Shown piece by piece: positions 21,603-32,647 of a DNA stretch of 64,000 nucleotides (position 1 is the stretch's first letter; every line of letters starts with the position of its first letter). A program made the translations under genes and the position numbers. Below the pieces are notes generated by a model. The model did no database searches. It worked only from the letters and a program-made list of their open reading frames with translations, and was not told where the DNA came from. The stretch comes from Caecitellus pseudoparvulus (taxonomy: Eukaryota; Protista; Bigyra: Bicosoecida), in contig CBFFRQ010000018.1 in assembly GCA_965644315.1 (NCBI GenBank), positions 558,001 through 622,000 of the forward strand, given 5' to 3'.

Positions 21603-24370
21603 ATGGCGTCTCGGCGGGCCAGGCTAATGGCCAGCCGAGTGGCGGCCCCTGGCAGCCGAGCACGAGTGAAGTCTGCTTCTGCTGCGCTGGTCGCCCACCA
21701 CCTCATGAGCGTCGTGGCAAGCCCATCTGGTGTCAAGGGAATCCTCAAGTCTCCTCCTCTGCGGCCATCTCGCGCTGGCGGCGCCAAGCGCGTTCGCTTT
21801 GTGGTGGGTGCAGCCCGCCGGGCACGTTTGAAATTCCGCCAGCCCAACCTCAGTCCCGACACGCGTGTTGGCACAGAGTGGAGACGTCTCGGACACCTCT
21901 TCCGACAGCAACTCACCACAACAAGCCAAGGTGCGCTCTTGTCCCGCCCAGGCTACTCGCTCGTGTGGAGGGCGACGTTGACAACAGCGTCCCTGCCACC
22001 CCCAGCCCCTGACACATGCGCACCTCTCCCTGGCGCTCTGCACAGGCTGCGGACAAGACATACGGACAACTGGACAGGAATGGTCATGATTCACCCCCTG
22101 CAAGGGTGGGTCGTGCCGTGCTGCAGCGCCATGCGCACACGTGCCACTGCACCCTCCGCCTGGTGTCACCTCCGCAGATGCAGTCCAAGGTCACCGTTGA
22201 GGAGATGAATGCCATTGCCGTGAAGCTCTTCCCGGAGCCAAACGAGGTGGCTGCTGCCCAGTCTGGCTGCACCGACTCGATTGGCACCCCCGAAGGCGAT
22301 GCAGCGCAGACGCTGCCTCCCAGCGCGGCTTCAAACCCGGCCCGCACGGTGGCGCCTGACGCGGCTTCCTCCCCCACCGCACACTCACCGAGCGTGGCGC
22401 AGACGCCGCCCAGCTCGCAGACACACTCAGGGCTGGGGCCACGGCGTGCCAAGACCAGGGCTCGCATGGAGGGCACCCCCTCCCCTCTGCCCTTCTCACT
22501 GGAGGGCGCCGGCTCTCCTGACGAGACCCCCCCGCCACCCCTCCGCGTGCCCCCCTCAGCGACAGAGGCGCCCACGCCCCAGCCACCCCGGACCAGGGCT
22601 CCCACCCCCTCCCCTCCGACCCGGGGCCGCTCCTCTGCCCACCGCCAGGCCGCAGCTGGCCGGGCCATGGGCCTTCGCAGCCGCCTTGCAGCTCGGGCCC
22701 TGCAGCGGGAGGAGGTGTGGCGGGACCTGATGCAGGCCAACCGGGTGTCCATGGCCCTGGCCAAAGCTGCCGCTGCCTTGGACCCGCATGCTGAGCCAGC
22801 CTCGCCCAGCACCCCAACTGCTGGGTCCCAGGCGACCTCTGGCGGGAGCAGCACCCCAACGCCAGTGTCCCCCGCTGCCGCCGAGCCAGGTACACCCACC
22901 AGTGCACCCACCCGTCCCCTGAGTCAGCGCGGAGGAGCACTGCAGGTGTCTCCACAGCCCAGGCAGGCAACGCAAGCCGCTGGGGCTGCACAGCCACGTC
23001 AGGCAACCACGCCCTCCCCGCCTCACTCAGGACTGTCCCTGGAAGAGCTATCTCCCAGAGCCACAGCACTGGCGCGGAGCTCTCCTCAACCGCGTGACCA
23101 AAGCGTCCTCCCCACCACGGCACCACCGGCGGGCAGCTCGGCGAGGGCGGGTGCCAGCTCACCTGCAAGGGAAGGCGCCGCTTCTTCGCGCAGCCCGGAG
23201 CCGTCAAGTCCTGCACCTGGCGAGGTGCGGCACCCCGCGGATAGCATTGCCAAGGCCACTACGGCCGTTGTCTCGGCTTCACCCCTAGGCGACGAGAGCC
23301 CGCCTGGCGCCGAGTCAACTCCCACACCTACTCCAGTGCCCCGCCCCAGCGCCCCAGCGCAGCGGGCAGACCTGCGTACACCTGTAGCGGAGGACAAAGA
23401 GCGCCGCCCATTCCGGGATGGTGGCGCTGCACAGGAGGCCTCGGCTGCTCACGGCTCCGCGGCGGGTTCCGGCAGCCCCACGCACATGCAGGGAGTGACT
23501 CGCTCTGCGCGCCGGGGGTGGACGGCGTCGGGGGGGGCCACGCCATCGCCTGTGCCGAGGACGAGCGACAGGAGCCCACCGCGGCGCCCACACAAGCCTC
23601 CTGGTCGCCGCGATTTCACATCGGGAGTCCCGGCGTCCCTGGTGGTGTCCCTGTTCCAGGGGGAGGGGGGGGAGGCACGCGCTGCCGGCCGAGCCCACCA
23701 CGAAGGCTTGGGGGACAGCAGTGACTCAGACGTGGAGGGCATTCTGGCGCCGTGGCAGCGCCGGGGGCGGGACTCGCCCAAGGTCTGGATGGACGTGTCG
23801 CAGACCACCTCCTCAAGTAGCACCACCACGGCCCGGAGCGGGCGCGTGGGTGCTCCGCGCGCCCCACAGCAAGCTCGGCAGCGCCGCGGCTCGAAGCGAC
23901 CCCGACAAGACTCCGCGAGCTCCTCGTCACAGGGGCCAAAGCCAAAGAAAGCAACCTCTCGCAAACGAACTCCCTTCGAGATGCTGATGGAAAGTGTCGC
24001 CTGGAGTGCTGAGACCATCCAGGCAGTGGCACGCAAGGCGACACGGCACTCCAGCGGCAAGAAGCCCCCCCCACGGTCCAGTGCAGACGATGTCGTCTCA
24101 CTTGCCCGAAAGGCTGCCATGCGGGGAGGTGCCAAGCGCAGGTACACTCGGGCCGCCGAGGAGCGAGTGGCGGCGACTTTGAGGGCTGCAGTGAAAGGCC
24201 GCGCAGCCCCCAGTGCCCGGCGCCCCAGCAGCGAGCGCTCATCTGCTCAGAGCGCTCCCCCCAGGAGACAGCGTCCTGTGCGCTCCGCCGTGCTGAACCG
24301 TGAAGCATATGCGGCCCGAGACGCATTCTTGGGAACTTTCCCAAGCAAAGGAGGAATTGTTCCAAAATGA
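21603..24370 (+). CDS. Disordered S/P/R-rich protein with N-terminal GILK and RVxF PP1-docking motifs (4 exons)
   Basis: ATG 21603; phase-0 introns 21804-21876, 21931-22045 and ~22106-22177 join exon 1 (VKGILKSPP...AKRVRFV) to the 22016-24370 ORF. Confidence 0.65.
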
Positions 24371-24505
24371 GCACACCTTGAAATCCAAGTGTTTGCTTCC
24401 TTGGGGCGGGCATGTCAGGGTGCTGACACGCCCAGGGCTTGCTCCCCGCGCACTGCTTTCTCTTTCGCCGCGTTTCAGCTTCGTTTCACTCTGCGCCTCG
24501 GTACC

Positions 24506-26671
24506 ATGGCTTCTTGCTTTGGAGCCGGCATGTTTGCCCACAAGGGAGAAGCCAGTAGCATCCACCTGGTAAGCATCTTCTGCATCCCCCCCCACATCCC
24601 TCACGCCCAGCGTGCGTCTTTAGCTGGCACGGTGCCCCCCTTCCCGCTGACGCAGGTGGAGCCGAGTGCCACCGAGCTGGACGAAGCCTCTGTCTCCCCG
24701 GGGCAGCTGGTGCACCGGCTCGGCCACACGTTTGCCTGGAGCTCCCTGCATCAGAAGCCATCTCAGCTTGCTCCCCTGCGCCAGCTCGGGGACGAGTCTG
24801 CAGACGCTGCCTGCGTCGCAGTGGCCTCCCTTGGCAAGGCGGGTCACAAAGCGCTTGATGCTGCGTTCCAGTTCTGCCCCTTCGCCCGTGAATCAGAGGT
24901 GGGGATGGGAAGCCCCCTCGTCTGGCGAGTCTTTGGCTTTGGCGGCACCAAGCCGCGCTTTCTGCAACGTGGATTCACCGCTTTCCGGCGTGTGATGGTC
25001 ATCGCTTGGCTGCACTCGTCAGCTGTGCAGGGGGCAGGCCTCTGCAGCAGCCTGTCCGCATCCACCTTACACAAAGACGGCACTGTGAATTTGGAAGTGC
25101 AATCCTCAGGCCAGTCGCTCACTTGCGCTCTCCCGGCTGCTGTGGGCCGAGTGTGTGCAGAGTTCCTGGAAGAGGTATCAGCTGTGCCTGACTGGGTCGA
25201 CGCCGCGACTGTGTCCCGGGCCCAAGCGTTTTTCAGAAGTCGAGCAGTGGGGTGCAACTTAGCCTTGCTGCACCTGTCACTGGTGGGGGGCTTCGGTGCT
25301 CCCCTCGTGAACCGCGTGCTGTCCTCCACCGGGTACTTGATTGGGCACTCAGCGGCGCCGCAGCGCCACAGCGAAAACATCATCTCAAAACGGCTGTTCG
25401 AAACCAGCAGCATGGTGCATGCATGCATGCTTGAGGGTGGTCTCTCCCCTGGGAGCCCGGGTTGGGAGCACACAGTGGCTGTGCGCTTGCTTCATGCGTC
25501 GGTGCGAATTGGCCTTTGCTCTCAGACGCGGCGAGCTGCCAGGGCTCGCGCGGGCCTTCCAGCAGAGGTCCAGTCCAGCAGTGATCAGAGTCACAGGCCA
25601 GTGCCACCAACTTGCCCTCTGTCTTCCGGACAGTCGGTCGCACGCAGCGAGTGGGACAAGGAGGAGTGGGGTGTGCCCATTAACCAGGAGGACTTGATGA
25701 TCACGCAGCTCGTCTTTTCCTTCGTCGTGGTGGCTGCACTTGAACTCATGCAGTTGTGGGATGCTCATGAAGTTTTGCCCCTTCACTCTGACCATGCTCA
25801 CGTTGCACTGTCCCAGAGCGAAGAAGCTGATTTTGAAGTGCTGCTCAGCAACATGCCCGACGACATCCGGCGCCGACACTCTCGAGCGACTTACCTGCGT
25901 CGCTTTGAGCAGTACTCCGCCTATATGCACTTGTGGCGGTACATTGGACACCTTATGGGCGTGAAAGAGTCATCCCACATGATGTCGCTCGCTTCCGCGA
26001 AAGCCATGACCGAGAGCGTCGTGTTGCACCTGGTACAGCCAGATGGAGTCTCGGCCTTGCTGGCAGACTCTGTACTGACTGGCATGGCAGATACATTTCC
26101 AGCCTTCATCCCACGCCCCTTTCTGGTGGGCATGACGTGGCGGCTGCAGGGGGAGGCGCTTGCTCGCAAGTTGCGCATCCCGTGGGTGCCTGGGATGCGC
26201 GCGTCCCTGCAGGCCTCTCATGGAGGCGCGGTCAGCAGTGCTGGTCACAGCATCTTTGACTCTTCGCTTTGCGGGTACCTACTATGGGCGGCAGTGGAGT
26301 CAAGAATGCTGTTCATTCGAAGCATGACGCTAATGAGCGACCTTCCTTGGTTTGGTCCGCTCTTCCAAGGCCTTCAAATCGCCGGCATCATGACGTTCCT
26401 GGACCTCTCTCTGGATGACGGTGGGAAGCACGACTATTCTCTGAAGGCCAAGCCCAGCATGGCACTGCAGCACAAGGTTTGGCGCCTGGGAGAAGCCAAG
26501 CAAGCGGCTGCATTAGCGCCGTGCCAGGAGCAGTCATTGGCGACTGTTGCCTACTATGCGAGCATGTTCGCACCGATGCACTTGCGCCGGCTGGTGTACG
26601 CACCCAGCAAAGGGTTGATTGGACTGCTTTGCATTGCTGTTCTACTCCTTGCACTGCTCCTTGTCCCGTAA
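24506..26671 (+). CDS. MpaB/Lcp (rubber oxygenase catalytic domain, DUF2236)-family heme oxygenase with C-terminal TM anchor
   Basis: PDWVD...AQAFF, SLVGGF...VLSSTGYL, KRLFETS, VRLLHASVR, WGVPINQEDL, YMHLWRYIGHLMGV and a hydrophobic C-terminus. Likely in-frame intron 24569-24655. Confidence 0.88.
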   Translation: MASCFGAGMFAHKGEASSIHLVSIFCIPPHIPHAQRASLAGTVPPFPLTQVEPSATELDEASVSPGQLVHRLGHTFAWSSLHQKPSQLAPLRQLGDESADAACVAVASLGKAGHKALDAAFQFCPFARESEVGMGSPLVWRVFGFGGTKPRFLQRGFTAFRRVMVIAWLHSSAVQGAGLCSSLSASTLHKDGTVNLEVQSSGQSLTCALPAAVGRVCAEFLEEVSAVPDWVDAATVSRAQAFFRSRAVGCNLALLHLSLVGGFGAPLVNRVLSSTGYLIGHSAAPQRHSENIISKRLFETSSMVHACMLEGGLSPGSPGWEHTVAVRLLHASVRIGLCSQTRRAARARAGLPAEVQSSSDQSHRPVPPTCPLSSGQSVARSEWDKEEWGVPINQEDLMITQLVFSFVVVAALELMQLWDAHEVLPLHSDHAHVALSQSEEADFEVLLSNMPDDIRRRHSRATYLRRFEQYSAYMHLWRYIGHLMGVKESSHMMSLASAKAMTESVVLHLVQPDGVSALLADSVLTGMADTFPAFIPRPFLVGMTWRLQGEALARKLRIPWVPGMRASLQASHGGAVSSAGHSIFDSSLCGYLLWAAVESRMLFIRSMTLMSDLPWFGPLFQGLQIAGIMTFLDLSLDDGGKHDYSLKAKPSMALQHKVWRLGEAKQAAALAPCQEQSLATVAYYASMFAPMHLRRLVYAPSKGLIGLLCIAVLLLALLLVP

Positions 26672-29600
26672 GACAGCGAGGGCCTCCCTTGGCACTGAGA
26701 AGCCAGTGGCCCCTGCACGAACAAGCAAGGCAAGCGCATCGTCCACGGAGAGCAAGCCAGTGCAGGCAAGCAGCAGTGGAGCCACTGCCCAGGTGACGAG
26801 ACAGCAAGGGCTGTGAAGTATAGCGTCAAGGGCCAGACGCTTCCTGCGCTGCCTCGACTTCCCTTCTGAACGGGATGGCAGCGAGAGTGCCCAGGCAGCC
26901 CTGGAAGTGGTTGCTTGGGCGCCCTGGCTCGGCGGAGCGCTTCCACCTGCTTGCATGCACTGCAAGCCCCACGGAAACAAGTCCTCCCTGCTCATGGCAA
27001 ACTGCGCAGCAGCAAATATGCCAGCAGGAATGCTCGGCTCACCTGCACTGTGAATCTGCCTCAGCACCGCTGCCTGCCACATAGCAGGGGTGGGGGCGAG
27101 GGGGTCACTAGACATTTCGGGCTGTTCCAGCATGCACCTTAGCAAGACGCCAAAGCACTGGCTCTGAATGGTGGGGTTGCCCTGCCACGCGAAGGCTGCC
27201 TGGCAGGAGAGCTGCACCCCCCTGCTTGCTCCCCAGCTGGGCAAGGAAGACGTCAGCGCAACAGCCCCAATCGCGATGTCAAGGCCAACACCTGCGTTGC
27301 CAGGTGCCCTCGTCATGCACGACATTGAAAGGTCAACCAGCTGTCTCGCCTGGTGGCTTGCTGGGCGGCAGCCTGACTCGAGCAGCATGGCACAAATACA
27401 CCGCCACACTTCCATCATGCGATGGTCGAGGGTCGCAAGGCCGACAGCGCCAGCAGCAGCTTGGCAGTTGTACCCACCTTCGGCGGCACCTGCAGCGCAT
27501 TCAGCCTGCACATGTTCTCGGAGCTTGTCGATGGGGTTCTGCTGGCCTATTCCAGCCGCAGGAACCTTGTCCCAGATTTCCCTCAGGAGAGGAATCCCTT
27601 CGATGCACCGCTGCTTTTCCACCTGGAGGGACCGCCACAGCCCCGCCAGGCACAGCCTTCGTGCAGTGCTTGCCAGAATAAAGAGGGCTGTCGGGCTTTC
27701 TTGGGAGGTTTCGCTGCTCAGCACCTTCCCGAGCGCTGAGTACCACTTCCGCACATCGGGTGGCTGGCTTGAGCCCCCAGCCAAGCTAACTTCGAGCATT
27801 GCATCAAGGTATGCCGCCCACAGCTCAGGGGCTTGAGCAGGAGGGGCTTCTGAAATGCACGCCAGTCCGAGTGGCTTTAGGGCCTTGAGCTTGGCTCCCG
27901 CTGGTGCTTGAACGCCTGCAAGGTGCTGGCCCACCCTCTGCAGCAACGCCAGCTGCCCGTTCGGTTCAACAAGGGAGAGCATTGCAAGCACACGTTGGCG
28001 TTGGCTAGAGGACAGGAGGGCCCGTTGAGCGAGCGAGGGCGACTGCCATTGCATGGCTTGCCAAGGCGCACTAGCAAGGCGGCGCCCAAGCTCCACAAGA
28101 GCCTCTCCATGCACCGGGCGGGGCAGCAGAACACGCACCAGCTCTTCGTCTGCAGCAGTGCTGCCTAATCCGCAGCACTCCCCCTCCAGGGATGCGAGGG
28201 CACGTGCAGCAGCAGCGCGATGGAGAGGCGGGGCTTCGGTGCCACTCAGTGCGTCTTGAACCGCTTCGGCCGACTCCACCTTGTCCCCTGAGCCATCTTC
28301 TCCTCGCAGCTTCAAGAGAGCGGACAAGTACGCCCCAGACGTCCCATGCTGGCCCATCTCACTTTGCACTACAGTGGAGATGCGATGGCGGTGTAAGGTA
28401 CTGAACATCTCCTCCGTGGACGCTGGCTCCGCCGGAAGCACGTGAGAGACCTCCTGCACTCTACCAGGCCGGCTTGCCTCGGGTCTGCTCTGCGCTCCCA
28501 TGGCCCGCAAGCGAGACAGCCATGCTTTTTCCCACAGCGTGGAGTCGTGACGATCGCACGGCAAGGCGAGGACCATCCTCCACGCGCCTGAGGCGCCCTG
28601 GGGTTCACTTCTGGCGCGGTCCCACCTCTTGCTTCCTCGGGCTCTACCAGCGTCCGCTGCTTGGTGTGCTGAATGAGACTGAAGCCAGGAATAGTACCCT
28701 GGCGCTTCGCAAGGATGCCCAACTTGCAACGGTGCAGCAGCATACTCCTGCAAGTACCTCCCCATCACCGCAGTCACTCCCCCGATGACCGAGCCTTCTT
28801 GCAAGCGCAATCGGGGGAGCCGTGCGCTGAGAGGCAGCGTGCCTGTCAAGGCGCTCTGCCCAAAGGAAGTGTCCCACCAGCTAGCAATCAACGCCTGAGC
28901 TGTTGAGCCCCTGCCTACGTTGCACAAGGCAGCATGGGTCCATGCAGCAAGGCGCCACTGCATCTCGAAGTGAGTGACTTCACCTTGTGTCGCTGGGCTC
29001 GCGACCGAGCTGGGCGAGCAAGCACGAGCGTGCCAAGCCTGCAGGCATTCCGAGGCAAAGCCCACAGTCTCCACAAGCCAGTCAAGGACATGAAAGTCAG
29101 ACACAGCGTTGCCGTCAGCCGCAGCTGCTTCAGCTGCCCGAAGAAGCTGCTGCAGGGCAAGGTCGGGCAGCACGCAGCCTGTGGAGAGGCACTTGCCTGC
29201 CGCTTCCACACACTCAGCAGCCGAGACTGGAGGGCGATCCAGCAAGCCATCCGGCACCACTGTACACCTTTCACCAGCACAAACATGCTCTACAGTCAGT
29301 AGGAGCCAAGCGCTGCGCATGTCTAGTGCGTGGCGCGCCGAGGCGGCGCTTGCCACAGGGCCACTGCACAGGTCCGCAGCAGCCTGAGCAGCGGCTGCCA
29401 GTGCCTTCGCACCCCGCCCAGTATCAGCGTGACGTACTGCCTGCTTCAGCGCGCACGCGATGTCCAATGCAGTGAGGGCATCTGGATCTTGCAGACGAAG
29501 CAGGGGAGAGAGCCAGAGTGCAGGTGCAGCCGACGCCGCTGCCGCTCCTGGTTCATCGCCACCTGGCCTCAAGTGTGCCAAGGCTGCTTCCATGCAACGC

Positions 29601-30766
29601 AGTGACAACCTTCGAACATTACACGAGCCTGGGTCCGGGTGCGAGGCTGTGGCTTCCTGCCGAGCGCGAGCAGCACGGGTGCGAGCCAGCCATGTGGACC
29701 ACGACTCCCAGGGTTGTCGACTTGTTGGGAGGGGCAGCGACTGCACAGTCCGCAGTGGCGCTCCACGTGTTGCTTCACTACCCTGTTCCAAGGAGGGCGG
29801 GTCCAGTGGTAGAAATGAACGAGAAGTGGACAGGCGCAGCGCGGAGGGGTCACTGCCTGCGCCGTGCGAGACAGCAGTTTCCTGCGGGGGATCTGTTCTA
29901 GGTACCATGGCCGCCGCACGTTTGTAGTGCAAGGGCATATGCAAGGGGAGTTCTAATCCCCCCCTTGCATCGCTCAGTAGCTGCTGCTGCTGGGATGTGT
30001 GCCAATAGCGCTGGCTGTGAGCTTGCAGCTCTGCGGCCGGGGCCCGCCGTGACGCGGACCGCGCGTTGGCAAACATCTCCGCCACAGAGCTTGAGGGTGT
30101 GAAAGCGGAACCACCTTGCTTGCCCACTTGCACAGCCACGACTCTCCCGGACGCATCGGTGTGATACCTGTGTGCAAGGCCAGACACGGCCCGACCTCCG
30201 AACCTGGACCTGTTCATGTGCCACAGGCGCGAGGCTTGCCGCATCTGCGCGGGGTTACCAAGGCGCCCGCCTCCAATGACAAAGAGCCCCACGTTTGGGC
30301 TGATTTGATCGTGAAAATGCTCCGTGGACACGCCACCTCTGGGTGGTGGGGGAGGGGGTCCGTGCAGTGGGAGGCCGCTCGTGTCGAGGATGTACCCTGC
30401 ATCTGAAATCGACGAGTGCGCCTCCTCCGCTCGCGACGCGGGTCTCCGCTTGGCAGGACCACCATCATAGCGACTGTTAGCACTGTGGCCAGCTCGCTTG
30501 AGGGGCCGCTTGCGCTGGCGTGCACTGTCTAGATCCACAGCGCTTTCTTGTGGAGGGGGCGGTAGCCCCAGCACGCCCAAGGAGGAGGCTGCTGCTGCGG
30601 GGTGGGAAGACAGCCCATGGGAGATACCAGTGGCACTGAGTTGCATCGAAGGCGGCCCAGGTGCCTTGCTTGTTTCCTTCAGGCATGTGGCGGCATCTTG
30701 TCCCTCAGCAGCTGCTAATCCCGCAGCAAAAGCCGCAAATGCAGGTTTGCTGCGCTGTGTAGCCAT
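26642..30766 (-). CDS. NRDE2: NRDE-2-like nuclear exosome/splicing regulator (HAT/TPR-like helical repeats), divergent
   Basis: 1374-aa ORF. YILDTSG, RYW and FLPL at the N-terminus; PELWAAY..RKWY; C-terminal ILHSPCC..W...LLVRAG..FSVPREAL. These loosely match NRDE2 blocks in order. Confidence 0.5.
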   Translation of the reverse strand: MATQRSKPAFAAFAAGLAAAEGQDAATCLKETSKAPGPPSMQLSATGISHGLSSHPAAAASSLGVLGLPPPPQESAVDLDSARQRKRPLKRAGHSANSRYDGGPAKRRPASRAEEAHSSISDAGYILDTSGLPLHGPPPPPPRGGVSTEHFHDQISPNVGLFVIGGGRLGNPAQMRQASRLWHMNRSRFGGRAVSGLAHRYHTDASGRVVAVQVGKQGGSAFTPSSSVAEMFANARSASRRAPAAELQAHSQRYWHTSQQQQLLSDARGGLELPLHMPLHYKRAAAMVPRTDPPQETAVSHGAGSDPSALRLSTSRSFLPLDPPSLEQGSEATRGAPLRTVQSLPLPTSRQPWESWSTWLARTRAARARQEATASHPDPGSCNVRRLSLRCMEAALAHLRPGGDEPGAAAASAAPALWLSPLLRLQDPDALTALDIACALKQAVRHADTGRGAKALAAAAQAAADLCSGPVASAASARHALDMRSAWLLLTVEHVCAGERCTVVPDGLLDRPPVSAAECVEAAGKCLSTGCVLPDLALQQLLRAAEAAAADGNAVSDFHVLDWLVETVGFASECLQAWHARACSPSSVASPATQGEVTHFEMQWRLAAWTHAALCNVGRGSTAQALIASWWDTSFGQSALTGTLPLSARLPRLRLQEGSVIGGVTAVMGRYLQEYAAAPLQVGHPCEAPGYYSWLQSHSAHQAADAGRARGSKRWDRARSEPQGASGAWRMVLALPCDRHDSTLWEKAWLSRLRAMGAQSRPEASRPGRVQEVSHVLPAEPASTEEMFSTLHRHRISTVVQSEMGQHGTSGAYLSALLKLRGEDGSGDKVESAEAVQDALSGTEAPPLHRAAAARALASLEGECCGLGSTAADEELVRVLLPRPVHGEALVELGRRLASAPWQAMQWQSPSLAQRALLSSSQRQRVLAMLSLVEPNGQLALLQRVGQHLAGVQAPAGAKLKALKPLGLACISEAPPAQAPELWAAYLDAMLEVSLAGGSSQPPDVRKWYSALGKVLSSETSQESPTALFILASTARRLCLAGLWRSLQVEKQRCIEGIPLLREIWDKVPAAGIGQQNPIDKLREHVQAECAAGAAEGGYNCQAAAGAVGLATLDHRMMEVWRCICAMLLESGCRPASHQARQLVDLSMSCMTRAPGNAGVGLDIAIGAVALTSSLPSWGASRGVQLSCQAAFAWQGNPTIQSQCFGVLLRCMLEQPEMSSDPLAPTPAMWQAAVLRQIHSAGEPSIPAGIFAAAQFAMSREDLFPWGLQCMQAGGSAPPSQGAQATTSRAAWALSLPSRSEGKSRQRRKRLALDAILHSPCCLVTWAVAPLLLACTGLLSVDDALALLVRAGATGFSVPREALAVLRDKEQCKE

Positions 30767-30842
30767 GGCCTGTACAAGCGCAAGCAGGGTTATGGCAAAC
30801 CATGCACTGTGTGTACAGGCTCAGTGGGGGCTGCAGGGGGAT

Positions 30843-32446
30843 TTATTTTGCCTTCTCTGCCGCCTGCACTGCGGGCGCCGCGTTTCCACCTGGCGTGTGC
30901 TGGCTCTGGAGCACGGCTTCCAAGTACAGGAGCCACCCAGGGGCGGAAGTAGTGGCAGCATACGGGACAGGCTCATCTTCCTGACCACCGCATGCTGCTG
31001 CGGCGATGGCTCCAATGACCGAGACAGTGGCCTGGCCATACTCCGCCACGGAGCAGTGCACAGGTGTGGGCGCAGTTCGGCCTTCCACTGCTGACGCCAC
31101 AAGGCGTTGGGGAGTGACCCACGGACAGCAAGACCTGTGAGCAACGAGAGGGTGGTGCACGGCATCGGTCTGAGCATTCACCACCTTGTCCGGGGACACT
31201 CCAGACAAGAGCCCAGTGGACGAGGGTGTGTGCGCCGCTGCCTGGCCGCCTTGCCCAGCCGGGGTGGTAGCAGAGGCGCTGGGGCTGGGCGTGCGCGCTT
31301 GGGCCTGGCGCAAGCGCTCAGCAACCTTATGAAATGCGTCAGACACGTCGTCTCGGTGCTGGTGCGCACTTCGCCGCCGCTTCGCGCCGGTGGGGGTGGA
31401 CAGCTTGGGTGTGCTCGAACTGGTGAAGGCCACTCGCGTCTGGCACGTGGCACATGACAACACAAGCGTGCCACCCCGACCCCGCTTGTGCCCCCCCTTA
31501 CTGCTTTGCACGCTCCAGCCTGTGATGGCCAGCAGCACGGCGCGCGCAGCTGGGGCATCCTCTGCTTCAACGCCCAAGGAGGCCTGGAGTGCCTGCACGG
31601 CATGCAGTGCCGTGCACCCTGCCGATGGCATGTGCAGAGTACTGAGGGATTCCAGGAACGATGTTTCAAGGCGAAGTGAGACCCCTGACTGCAGCTCCTG
31701 GGCTGCTCGGCGTGCAGATGTGGCCACATGCCGCAGGAGGCCTGGTCCAGGGCACGGCCGCAGCGTCGTGAATGACTCAGGGCTGTGTGTCACCCGCCAA
31801 GGGCAGGCAGGGAGATGCGAGGCCACCAAGCTTTGCTCGAATCGCCGGGCATTTTCAGCCACAGCTCGGTCCGAGTGAGATGCGGGAGGTGGCAGGTGCT
31901 TCACCACAGCTTGGCAAGTGCTGCACGCGAGTGTGTTCAGGGCCACGCACTCCCAGCCCCGCGCGGCACACTGCATGGCACTGATGGACAAGGCCTTGCA
32001 GTGCCATTTGAGCTGCGAGAACGTTCTGCGCGCAGGGAGGTGTGGGCATGAGGCTGTGCAGGGCTGCCTGGGTGAGTGCGGAAATCGAGCCCCATACCTC
32101 AAGCGTTGGCGAAAGGTTTGCAAGGAAAACGGCCGGAACTGGACAGCGCCTGCAATGCGAAGAGCGAAGGGACTTCATGTGAAGCCGAACTCAGGGCAGC
32201 CTTGCTGCCCTCCTCACTCGTCGAGGAACCTGGCTTGGAGGGGGCTTCGGCACCCTGGTTCATTCGAGATAGCATGTTGCGCAGATGCTGCATGCCCTCG
32301 TCGTCTTCATCGCCAGCGCACGACTTGCTTGGCAGCTCAGGGATGGAGGAGTGCAGCGGGTCTCCCTGCAGAGTCGCCGTGGCTTCCCTGAACTCCTCAA
32401 GCACCCTGGCTACACGCTGCTGCTGCTCGTGAACGTGCGACGCCAT
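30843..32446 (-). CDS. ZC3HC1: C3HC zinc-finger protein NIPA/Rsm1/Pml39 family
   Basis: Spliced FRPFSLQTFRQRL|TFSQLKW, CAARGW...LACSTC...HLPACPW (first BIR-like module); AITGW...LSCATCQTRV...HRSCCPWV (second module). Confidence 0.88.
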
Positions 32447-32647
32447 CCTGCTGCGCACCGAGCCTGCCCAGCGACAAGCGTGGTGGAAGCACAGGCAGTC
32501 TCGTTCGTGTGACAGCAGACCAAGAATCAGCAGACACTGCATTGGACAGTCGGCGAGGAACAATTGTGAAATCTGGGTTGGGTTGTGCTCCGCCGGGGGT
32601 TGTTCACGGCACTGGGAAAGGTGGCGGCATCGGAAGGAAGAACATAG

